Assembly (NCBI GenBank): GCA_947168855.1 | Contig: CAMVNO010000005.1 | Location: 88,439 to 152,438 of the forward strand | Source: an uncultured Clostridia bacterium | GTDB lineage: Bacteria; Bacillota; Clostridia; Christensenellales; CAG-138 | Length of the DNA: 64,000 nucleotides | Reading direction: 5' to 3' | Shown here: positions 15,801 to 23,459 of the stretch, one piece after another | How the letters are laid out: each line of letters starts with the position of its first letter | How positions within the stretch are numbered: position 1 is the first letter of the stretch | Program-made: the position numbers and the translations under genes | The notes under the pieces: model-generated | Databases searched by the model: none | Told to the model about the DNA's origin: nothing | Seen by the model: only the letters and a program-made list of their open reading frames with translations

Positions 15801-16925
15801 TCACTGCGCCGCATCCGCAAACTTTACCGTCGCGGTCGTGCCCTTGCCGGGTTCGGAGGTGTACCGCAGCGTTGCGCCGTGCAGCGCGGCGATCTCGTGG
15901 CAAAGCGGCACGCCGAGCCCGCTGCGGACCGACGGATTCCTTGCGTGCGTCGGGTCGTTGACATAGCGAAGCTGCTCGGGCGTCATGCCGGAGCCGCGGT
16001 CGACGATCTCGATCACGCCGGGCGAAGCGTTCAACAGCACCGGAGACCCCGGCGCGGACGCCTTGACCGCATTGCCGATCAGGTTGCCGAGCAGGCTCAG
16101 CATCAGCGCGCGGTCGGCGGTCAGCTCGTTCCATTGCACATCGGTCTCGAGCGTGGGATACGTCTGCCTGAGGTGCGCCGCAAGCGCCGCAAGGTCCACG
16201 CGCTCGGGGCGGAACACGTTCTTTCGCGCGTCGGCAAGGGTCAGTAGCTTTTGCGAGATCTCGCCGAGCCGCTCGCTCTCCGAGACGATATAGCTTGCCG
16301 CCGTATGCTGCTGCTCGGGTGTGAGCTTGGCGCGTTCCAGAAGCTCGCCGTAGCCGCGGATGACCGTCAGCGGCGTGCGAAGCTCGTGCGCAAGGCGTTC
16401 GACCGGACGGTTGATCCGCTCCTGCATGACGTACAGCGCCGCCGCAACGCCGCAGGTCAGCAGCGTGCAGAGGAGCGTCGAGCCGATCGCCTGCCACGTG
16501 AGCCTTTGCACGACTTCGGTCGTGTCCAGTCCGTAGCGCAGCCATACGCCGTCCGAAAGCGTATCGGTGATCGTCAGAACGGTACGCCCGTCCCGCGTGA
16601 TCCAACGCACCTTCCCGACCTCCGTTTCCGGCGGAACGGGTTCGGTCGCGACCCATGTTTCCCGTCCTTTGCCCAACGCGAACGTCGCGCCGCCGCTGTC
16701 GTAGACCGCGTAACCGCGCGCGTACTTTTTGCGCGCCTCGTCCGGGATCTTCTCAAACAGCCCGTCGACCGAGAGCGCAAGCGCCTTTTCCTCGCCGAGC
16801 GCGCGCGATTCGACCGAGCCGATCGTCATGCGAATGTTCGGGATCACCAGACAAAGCATGCTGACGAACAGCACGGCTGCGACCAGCAGAACGGTCCATA
16901 AATAACTTTTTTGTCTGAGCTTCAC
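15801..16925 (-). CDS. Sensor histidine kinase (HisKA + HATPase_c)
   Basis: H-box HELRTPLTVIRGY, N-box GNLIGNAVKAS, G-boxes DRGSGM and GLGVPLC. GTG 16925 overlaps the regulator stop (GTGA). Confidence 0.85.
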   Translation of the reverse strand: MKLRQKSYLWTVLLVAAVLFVSMLCLVIPNIRMTIGSVESRALGEEKALALSVDGLFEKIPDEARKKYARGYAVYDSGGATFALGKGRETWVATEPVPPETEVGKVRWITRDGRTVLTITDTLSDGVWLRYGLDTTEVVQRLTWQAIGSTLLCTLLTCGVAAALYVMQERINRPVERLAHELRTPLTVIRGYGELLERAKLTPEQQHTAASYIVSESERLGEISQKLLTLADARKNVFRPERVDLAALAAHLRQTYPTLETDVQWNELTADRALMLSLLGNLIGNAVKASAPGSPVLLNASPGVIEIVDRGSGMTPEQLRYVNDPTHARNPSVRSGLGVPLCHEIAALHGATLRYTSEPGKGTTATVKFADAAQ

Positions 16926-17575
16926 GGCGTTTCCTCGAACCGGTATCCGAGCCGGTAGATCGTCTTGATCCGGTCGTCCATGCCGAGCTTTTTGCGAAGC
17001 CGCTGGATATGCACGTCGATCGTGCGCGACTCGCCCAGAAACGATACGTCCCACGCTTCGCGCATCAGCCGCTGCCGCGACAGCGCGATGTTGCGGTTCT
17101 TGACGAGAACCTCCAGAAGCGCGTATTCCTGCATGGTCAGCTCCACCGGAACGCCGCCCTTCGTCACCGTTTTTGCCTCAAAGTCGATCTCGATGTCGTC
17201 GACGTGATAGCGGCTTTCGCTCTTGTGCGTGCGGCGCAGCACCGCCTCCACGCGCAACAAAAGCTCCGTCATTTCAAACGGCTTCACGATGTAATCGTCC
17301 GCGCCGCGCTCGAAACCCTTGACCTTGTCCGCCGTTTCGCCGAGCGCCGTCAGAAAGATCGCCGGCGTGCCCTTGAGCTTTTCATAGACCGAAAACCCGT
17401 CGGTGTCCGGCAGCATCACGTCAAGGATCAGAAGATCGACCGGCGTCGTCGCGGCGATCGAAAGCGCTTCCTTTCCGGTGAACGCCTGCACCGCCGTGTG
17501 TCCCACCATGCCGAGGTTCAGCGCAACGAGATCGTTGATCGCTTTTTCATCCTCCAAAACCAAAATCCGTGCCAT
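16922..17575 (-). CDS. OmpR/PhoB-family response regulator
   Basis: MARILVLEDE...DLLILDVMLPDTDG receiver plus winged-helix C-terminus (IKTIYRLGYRF). Start moved to ATG 17575 after GAGGAGGGG. Confidence 0.92.
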   Translation of the reverse strand: MARILVLEDEKAINDLVALNLGMVGHTAVQAFTGKEALSIAATTPVDLLILDVMLPDTDGFSVYEKLKGTPAIFLTALGETADKVKGFERGADDYIVKPFEMTELLLRVEAVLRRTHKSESRYHVDDIEIDFEAKTVTKGGVPVELTMQEYALLEVLVKNRNIALSRQRLMREAWDVSFLGESRTIDVHIQRLRKKLGMDDRIKTIYRLGYRFEETP

Positions 17576-17591
17576 ATGCCCCTCCTCAGGT

Positions 17592-17627
17592 CTATTGTAA
17601 CATAATAGTTGTAACAAAGAAGTAAAA
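17592..17627 (-). promoter_or_regulatory. Candidate autoregulatory operator/promoter of the two-component operon
   Basis: Minus strand reads TTTTACTTCTT TGTTACAACTA tta TGTTACAATAG. The last unit contains a TACAAT -10-like hexamer. Confidence 0.45.
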
Positions 17628-17629
17628 CA

Positions 17630-17712
17630 TGCGGCTTTGCCGCAATTCATGACCGCAGGTCAATTCATGTGCGCAGCACAATTCATGCCGCAGGCAATTC
17701 ATCCGCGAACGG
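17630..17712. repeat. Tandem AATTCAT mini-hairpin array
   Basis: GCAATTCA-TGACCgcaGGTCA-ATTCA-TGTGCgcaGCACA-ATTCA-TGCCgcaGGCA-ATTCATCCGCG. Confidence 0.85.
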
Positions 17713-17741
17713 GCTGCCGAGGACGTCAGCCCCTACAATAC

Positions 17742-17848
17742 TCCTCATCCGCCTCCGCTCACGCTTCGGCACCTTCCCCACATCAGGGGGAAGGCTTGTA
17801 TGGAGGCTTCCCCTTGAGGAGAAGCTCCGCCGCAGGCGGTGATGAGGT
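17742..17848. repeat. Composite palindromic element (CCTCATCCGCC ... GGCGGTGATGAGG flanking two CCTTCCCC-type hairpins)
   Basis: CCTCATCCGCC...GGCACCTTCCCCacatcaGGGGGAAGGC...GCTTCCCCttgaGGAGAAGC...GGCGGTGATGAGG. Related copies at 7358..7405, 19700..19745 and 54722..54836. Confidence 0.75.
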
Positions 17849-17889
17849 GGTATCAATTCCAATTCTCCGCAGGAGAATCCACTTGCCGC

Positions 17890-19290
17890 TCAATATCCCT
17901 TCCGCACGTCGATCACCGTGCCATCGATCGCGTTGATCGAGAGCATGGGCTCGTACGGATAGGTGCTTTCGGTCGTTTCGATATAGTCCTCGACCTCGGT
18001 GCGCGTGTTGACGCCGTAGAAGTTCCACACCGGCACGAGCAGCGCGCTGCCCCACTCGTTCGGCTCCTGAATGCGCTGCAATGTAAGCTCGACGCGGTCG
18101 ATGTCGTATTGATTCTGCGTCGTTGCGCCGTACTTGAGGTCCGGCTCGGTGATGTTCATTGCGGCGGCAAATTTCGTGTTGACCATCTTGATATAGATCT
18201 CCATGATCCTGTCAAACGGCAGCAGATTTGCGTTCTCCACGACCGTGTCGCAGACCTTAACCGGCGCGTGCCAGTCCATGCCGGCAATGCCATCGCGGTC
18301 CATCCAGAACAACAGCATTTCATATTCCCACATCGGACCCCAGATATCCGTCGAGTCCCACGTTTGCCCCCGGATAAACGACGTATTCACGCCGTTGACC
18401 GTGCGCACGCATTTCACCCAATACATCGGATCGTCCGGCTGTTCCTTGACCTGATCCGGCGCGTACAGGACCGACCAGACCGCAAAGTCGTCCATTCCGT
18501 TCTGTTTGAGGAACGCTTCGACGTCCGCTTTCGCCTGCTGCGGCGCGTAGCTGCCGTTTTGATACGTGTCGGGAACCGGGAAGCATTCGATCTCATCCGG
18601 GCGGCTCTTGACCTTCCCGTATATCAGATACGCACCCTTCCTGCTTCCCAGCGGAGAATCCGGGTCTGTGTTCAGCAAAACGAACCAGCGGTCCATTGCC
18701 TTCGTATACGCTTCGATGCCCAAGGAGGTGGATTCGTGAGAAACCGGTCCGTTTGCGCCGTTTGTCACATAGTTGTGCGCGATCGTCTGTTGCTCGCCGT
18801 AACAGCGGACCGGCTCGATGGAATCCGGAGCGTCGGCATAGCTTGCCTTCAGCCGTTCGATCTCCGCCTTGACGTCGGCAAGGCTTTCCGCACCGTGTTC
18901 ACGGCTGTATGCCTGCTCGTCCGAAATGTTTTCCGAAAGGTATTTGATGCGCTCTGCGATCTGCGTCTTTGTATAGGTGCGATCGAGATAATAGAACTCC
19001 GCATCGCCGCACAGGTTTTGAAACAGGGTCCGGATGAACGCCGGATCGAAGCCGCTCGGCTCGACGCGCACGATCGGGATCGCCGAAACGTCCGGCACCA
19101 GCACCTTTGCATCGAGATTCAGGACAAAATGCCCCTCCGCAAGATCGGCGTGATACCGATACGTCTCCGGGATCTGATACCGTTCCCGAAGCGACGGCAG
19201 AGGCGGCACGGTATACCCGTCGCCGTCGGTCTGCGTCCACCCGACCGTATCCTCCTCGGGCGCAGGCGTGGTCTTCGCCATTTCGAGCAT
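17890..19290 (-). CDS. Large exported protein of unknown function (mature part of an interrupted lipoprotein gene)
   Basis: Listed 466-aa ORF. It is in frame with an upstream lipoprotein signal peptide, separated from it by a single TAG (see 19303..19386). Confidence 0.65.
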   Translation of the reverse strand: MLEMAKTTPAPEEDTVGWTQTDGDGYTVPPLPSLRERYQIPETYRYHADLAEGHFVLNLDAKVLVPDVSAIPIVRVEPSGFDPAFIRTLFQNLCGDAEFYYLDRTYTKTQIAERIKYLSENISDEQAYSREHGAESLADVKAEIERLKASYADAPDSIEPVRCYGEQQTIAHNYVTNGANGPVSHESTSLGIEAYTKAMDRWFVLLNTDPDSPLGSRKGAYLIYGKVKSRPDEIECFPVPDTYQNGSYAPQQAKADVEAFLKQNGMDDFAVWSVLYAPDQVKEQPDDPMYWVKCVRTVNGVNTSFIRGQTWDSTDIWGPMWEYEMLLFWMDRDGIAGMDWHAPVKVCDTVVENANLLPFDRIMEIYIKMVNTKFAAAMNITEPDLKYGATTQNQYDIDRVELTLQRIQEPNEWGSALLVPVWNFYGVNTRTEVEDYIETTESTYPYEPMLSINAIDGTVIDVRKGY

Positions 19291-19302
19291 GGCGACCGTA
19301 TC

Positions 19303-19386
19303 CTATTGCGGCACAAAGTCCTCCGTCGGCGTGGGCTGACAGGCAAGAAGCAGCAAGCAGAGCAAAAGTACGGCGATTCGTTTCAT
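19303..19386 (-). pseudogene. Lipoprotein signal-peptide segment ending in an in-frame TAG, detached from ORF 17890..19290
   Basis: ATG 19386 (SD GGGGGAA) encodes MKRIAVLLLCLLLLACQPTPTEDFVPQ, then TAG at 19305..19303. Four codons later, in the same frame, is ATG 19290. Confidence 0.6.
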
Positions 19387-19440
19387 GGCATCGTTCCCCC
19401 ATTCTGTTTTTCAAGATGAGAATAGCATCGAAATTCGTCC

Positions 19441-19484
19441 GAAACGTCACAGAAGTGTCACCGAGTTGTAACAGAGTTGTAAAA
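19441..19484 (-). promoter_or_regulatory. Candidate response-regulator operator: four 11-nt phased direct repeats
   Basis: Minus strand reads TTTTACAACTC TGTTACAACTC GGTGACACTTC TGTGACGTTTC. It ends 55 nt upstream of ATG 19386. Confidence 0.5.
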
Positions 19485-19485
19485 A

Positions 19486-19933
19486 AAGATTCTCCGATCT
19501 CTCGGAGAATCTTCCCGAACGTGCCCGCAGGGAACACATCATCTGTGTAGGGACGGGCATTGCCCGTCCGTCAAAAAGCGGTGCGGACGGCTGATAGCCG
19601 TCCCTACGGATATCATGCAGGCGCTCACATCCGTTCCGGCACCTTGGCGTTGACCGCGGCTTCGTTACAGAGGCAGATCGCGCGCTTCCCGCGCGTACCA
19701 TGGTACCCCCTTCCCCATGCTGTCGCAGGGGAAGGCTTTGGGGTGCGCGAATATAAAAAAGATTCTCCGAGAAATCGGAGAATCTTCCGAGACGTTTCCG
19801 CAGGGAACACATCATCTGTGTAGGGACGGGCATTGCCCGTCCGTCAAAAAGCGGTGCGGACGGCTGATAGCCGTCCCTACGGATATCATGCAGGCGCTCA
19901 CATCCGTTCCGGCACCTTGGCGTTGACCGCGGC
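19486..19933. repeat. 273-bp-period tandem duplication covering the proS 3' end, its terminator and a hairpin-rich element
   Basis: 19525..19660 is identical to 19798..19933 (136 nt). Flanking terminator hairpins GATTCTCCGAtctcTCGGAGAATC (19488..) and GATTCTCCGAgaaaTCGGAGAATC (19760..) are related. Confidence 0.9.
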
Positions 19934-21637
19934 GATCAGCTCTTTGACCTTGGCGGCGACCGTGTCGGCTGCGCCGTCGATCGCGATGTCCTCACGGAAG
20001 GACTTGTCGCGCGCGGCAAGCTCGAACGCGTTCCGTCCGAGCGTCTTCGGGGAAACAACCACGCGCACCGGCGCGCCTAAAAGGTCCGCATCGGAGAACA
20101 TGACGCCCGCGGAAACGGGACGATCGTCGTACAGCACCTCGACGCCCATGGCTTCGAGTTCGCCGCAGAGCTTGTCGGCGGCTTCGCGGACCGCGGAATC
20201 GTCAATACGCAGCGCGCAGATCTCGACCTGCCACGGCGCGATCGTGATCGGCCAGATGGGACCGTAATCGTCGTGATGCGCCTCGCACACGGAAGCGATG
20301 AGACGCCCGACGCCGATGCCGTAGCAGCCCATGATCGGGTTCTTGCGCTCGCCGTTTTCCGCGTCGTAGGTCATGCCCATCGCCTCGGTATAGCGCTTGC
20401 CGAGCTGGAAGATGTTGCCGACCTCGATGCCGCGGCGCACCTTTAAGCTGTGCTTGCCGCAGTTCGGGCAAACGCCGCCCTCGACCGCTTTCGCAAGGTC
20501 GATGAATCCGGTGGTTTCGGGCAGATCGCGCGCAGGCGTGAAGCCGGCGAGGTGATATTCGGGCTTGTTCGCGCCACAGACAAGGTTCGTTGCGCCCACG
20601 AGCGAGCGATCGAACAGGACCGTCGCCTTGGTTTCGAGGTTGACCGGACCGATGTTGCCCGCCGCGAGGTTCGCGTTCTCGACGTCGACCGCCGGATGGA
20701 TCTCGGCTTTGAGGAAATTCGTCAGCTTGGTCTCGTTGACCTCCTTGTCGCCGCGCAGGAAAATCAGCACATACGAATCGTCCGCGTTGCGCTGATAGAC
20801 GACCGCCTTGCAGGTCTTTGCATCGTCGACCTTCAGGAGCTTTCCGACCTCCTCGATCGTCTTGGCGTCGCCGGTAAAGACCTCGGTGAGCGGTTCGAGC
20901 GTTTCGTCCGCGGTGTTTTCGGTGATGGCGTCGCACGCCTCCATGTTCGCGCGGAAGCCGCAGTCCGGGCAAATCACGATGGAATCCTCGCCGATGTCGG
21001 TCAAAAGCATGAATTCGTGGCTGACCTTGCCGCCCATCATGCCGGAATCCGACTTGACCGCAAGCACCTCGGGCACGCCCGCGCGGGCGTAGATGCGCTC
21101 ATACGCGCGATAGGCGCGGTCATAGTACGCCTCGAGGTCCTCCTGCGAGGTGTGGAACGAATACGCGTCCTTCATCGTGAACTCGCGTACGCGAATGAGA
21201 CCGCCTCTTGCGCGCGGTTCGTCGCGGAATTTGGTCTGGATCTGATAGATCATGAACGGATACTTCTGATACGTGCCCGCCACGTTCATCGCCATCTGCA
21301 CCGCCGCCTCCTCGTGCGTCATGCCGAGGACCATGTCGGCGCCGCCGCGGTCCTTGAACCGAAGAAGCTCCTTGCCGATGGAATCGAATCTGCCCGAGCT
21401 CTGCCAGAGCGTTGCGGGCATGACGACCGGGAACAGGACCTCCTGCCCGTCGATCGCGTCCATCTCTTCTCTGAGGATCTGCTCGATCTTGTTCTGGATC
21501 CGCTTTGCCGGCGTGAACAGCGAATAGATGCCGTTGCCGACCTGCTTCATATAACCGCCGCGCGTCATGAGATTCTGGCTCTCGATGTCGAACGCGCGTT
21601 CCTTGAACCGTTCGCCCAAAATGTTCTTTACTTTCAT
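19898..21637 (-). CDS. proS: Proline--tRNA ligase (bacterial type with INS editing domain)
   Basis: Class II aaRS motifs (FRDEPRARGGLIRVREFTMKDAYSF) and C-terminal anticodon-binding domain. Start moved to ATG 21637 after GGAGGAA. Confidence 0.95.
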   Translation of the reverse strand: MKVKNILGERFKERAFDIESQNLMTRGGYMKQVGNGIYSLFTPAKRIQNKIEQILREEMDAIDGQEVLFPVVMPATLWQSSGRFDSIGKELLRFKDRGGADMVLGMTHEEAAVQMAMNVAGTYQKYPFMIYQIQTKFRDEPRARGGLIRVREFTMKDAYSFHTSQEDLEAYYDRAYRAYERIYARAGVPEVLAVKSDSGMMGGKVSHEFMLLTDIGEDSIVICPDCGFRANMEACDAITENTADETLEPLTEVFTGDAKTIEEVGKLLKVDDAKTCKAVVYQRNADDSYVLIFLRGDKEVNETKLTNFLKAEIHPAVDVENANLAAGNIGPVNLETKATVLFDRSLVGATNLVCGANKPEYHLAGFTPARDLPETTGFIDLAKAVEGGVCPNCGKHSLKVRRGIEVGNIFQLGKRYTEAMGMTYDAENGERKNPIMGCYGIGVGRLIASVCEAHHDDYGPIWPITIAPWQVEICALRIDDSAVREAADKLCGELEAMGVEVLYDDRPVSAGVMFSDADLLGAPVRVVVSPKTLGRNAFELAARDKSFREDIAIDGAADTVAAKVKELIAAVNAKVPERM

Positions 21638-21676
21638 AGGTTCCTCCAAAGTCATAATTCTGTTTCAAAAAGCGCT

Positions 21677-21739
21677 GTCATTCCGAGCCGCAGGCGAAGA
21701 ATCCGCAGGATCCTTCGTCGCTCCGCTCTTCAGGATGAC
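21677..21739. repeat. Compound palindromic element between the GNAT gene and proS
   Basis: GTCATTCCGAG-CCGCAGGC-GAAGAATCCgcaGGATCCTTC-...-CTTCAGGATGAC. Confidence 0.6.
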
Positions 21740-21757
21740 ACCGATGAAAAGCCGTTT

Positions 21758-22471
21758 TCAATCCCGCTCTTCGTACATCCAGTAGAGCTCGTTGTCCGAG
21801 ACGACCATGCCGAGGCTCTCCTGCAGCTTGCGCGAGGCGTTGTTGGTCGTGTAGATCTGTCCGTAGGGCGTCCACCCGCGGGAAAGCGCGAGATTATGCA
21901 GCGCAATCTCCAGCGCGGAACCGATGCCGAGCCGCCGGAATTGCGGCAAAACCTCCAGCATGCCGCCGGAGCCGTCGCCGTGGAAGCCGATGAACCCCGC
22001 AAGCGCCCCGTCGCGGTACGCCGCCAGCACGTCGCCCTGTTCGATGCGCTCCCGATAGCGCTTCGGATCGCCGTCCGGATCGTAGACCGACAGCAGAAAC
22101 GGCAGTTCTTCCTTCGGAAACGGACGGATCTCGCAGACCGGCGGGACCGGGATCGGCTCTTTGCCGGGATAGTACGCCTGCCAGCATGCCGCCGCGTGGT
22201 TGATGGTCGGAAATGTTTCGAACACCGCGTCGCGCGAAGCCTCGTTATGCGCCACGAACAGGCAAATGCTTTCCGGAACCGTCTTCAGCGCGCGCCTGCC
22301 CGCCTCGACCGTGTCCGACACGACGAGACAGAAGCGCTCCGCCTCGGTGAGCAGCACCGCGTCCGGTTCGGCGTACAGGACCCTGGCGGTTTTCCGCCTA
22401 ATTGCCTCGATCATGTCGATACGGATCGTTTTATCCCGTTCGAGGTACGCAAGGATCTCCTGTTCGTTCAC
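21758..22471 (-). CDS. GNAT family N-acetyltransferase
   Basis: C-terminal acetyl-CoA fold (LEVLPQFRRLGIGSALE). GTG 22471 overlaps the upstream stop (GTGA). Confidence 0.8.
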   Translation of the reverse strand: MNEQEILAYLERDKTIRIDMIEAIRRKTARVLYAEPDAVLLTEAERFCLVVSDTVEAGRRALKTVPESICLFVAHNEASRDAVFETFPTINHAAACWQAYYPGKEPIPVPPVCEIRPFPKEELPFLLSVYDPDGDPKRYRERIEQGDVLAAYRDGALAGFIGFHGDGSGGMLEVLPQFRRLGIGSALEIALHNLALSRGWTPYGQIYTTNNASRKLQESLGMVVSDNELYWMYEERD

Positions 22472-23349
22472 GGCGTGACCCCCTTTACATCCTTCGAAAA
22501 ATGCTGATAGTCCGGCTCTTTGAAATCGCCGCCCCACTTCCAGCCATGCTTTCTGAACAGCTTGTAGCACAGATCGTCCTTCGTGATCATGCCGGGACGC
22601 AGGTTCGTCCGGTCCAGATACGGCTCGCTTTCTTTCGGTGAAAAGCTGCCGTCCGGCTTCACATACGGATTCTCGACCGGATTTACGTCGATCGCCGTGC
22701 CATAGCTGTGGCGCGAAAAATACTTCTTGCCGGTGACGCGGCGGCAGCAGTACGCCGAGGTATTGTCCGCCGACATCGAAAGCCCGTCGGAAAACGGCTG
22801 CCCGAAATCGTCTAAAAGCCTTACCGAGCGCAGCGGATACTGCGCGTCATACAGCGCCTCGAAGATCTCGATCACGTCGTTTGCGACCTTCCTGTGCACC
22901 AGAAGCTCGCCTTCATGCTCCGCGCCGTCGAAATCGACGTACAGGATATGCACGTAGCGCAGATCGTCGAGCTTCACCGGCGCGTCCTTCGGGTTTTCCG
23001 GATAGCTCATGCCGACGACGTACGCCTTGAGCGCTTCGGTCGGCGCGCAGTACCAGAACGCCTCGTTTGTTTCGGACGCCGTGATCTTCTCACCGCGGTA
23101 CGGGTTCGGCGTCGGCGTGGGCTCCGGCGTGGGTTCCGGGGTCGGCTCCGGAGTCGGCGCAGGCGTGGGCACGGGCGGAAGCGTTTCCGGCACTGCCGTT
23201 TCGGGCGCCCGGATCACATCGTCCTCCTCAAGAGGCGCAGCCGTCGCGGCCTCGACCGCCGGCGGGTCCGTCACATTGGGAGCCGGATTCGGTTGTGCGC
23301 TGCAGGCAAGCAAAAGCGTTGCAAGGAGCAGCGGAAGAAATCGTTTCAT
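22468..23349 (-). CDS. M15-family (VanY-like) D-Ala-D-Ala carboxypeptidase lipoprotein
   Basis: Signal plus lipobox MKRFLPLLLATLLLAC, PT-rich linker (PTPEPTPEPTPEP), HSYGTAIDVNP and GWKWGGDF...DYQHF motifs. Confidence 0.85.
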   Translation of the reverse strand: MKRFLPLLLATLLLACSAQPNPAPNVTDPPAVEAATAAPLEEDDVIRAPETAVPETLPPVPTPAPTPEPTPEPTPEPTPTPNPYRGEKITASETNEAFWYCAPTEALKAYVVGMSYPENPKDAPVKLDDLRYVHILYVDFDGAEHEGELLVHRKVANDVIEIFEALYDAQYPLRSVRLLDDFGQPFSDGLSMSADNTSAYCCRRVTGKKYFSRHSYGTAIDVNPVENPYVKPDGSFSPKESEPYLDRTNLRPGMITKDDLCYKLFRKHGWKWGGDFKEPDYQHFSKDVKGVTP

Positions 23350-23459
23350 AAAGGTGAGTATACCGCAAATATTCACGCTTGTACAGAGCTTTTCCTCTGT
23401 TTTTTCATATAAAAAAAGGGAGCCGCACGTGTTCATGCGACTCCCGAAAACATCATATG

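Noticed and set aside
19303-19305. TAG as a pyrrolysine codon
   Set aside because: No pyl genes or methylamine methyltransferase context are in the window, and the codon lies in a linker right after a signal peptide. A nonsense mutation or a sequencing error is more parsimonious. This is kept as a low-ranked alternative in the corresponding finding.
21638-21757. T-box leader for proS, and likewise for metG at 4704
   Set aside because: The proS spacer is only 120 nt and I see no T-box sequence or specifier-loop architecture. metG starts 1 nt after the upstream gene's stop codon, leaving no room for a leader.
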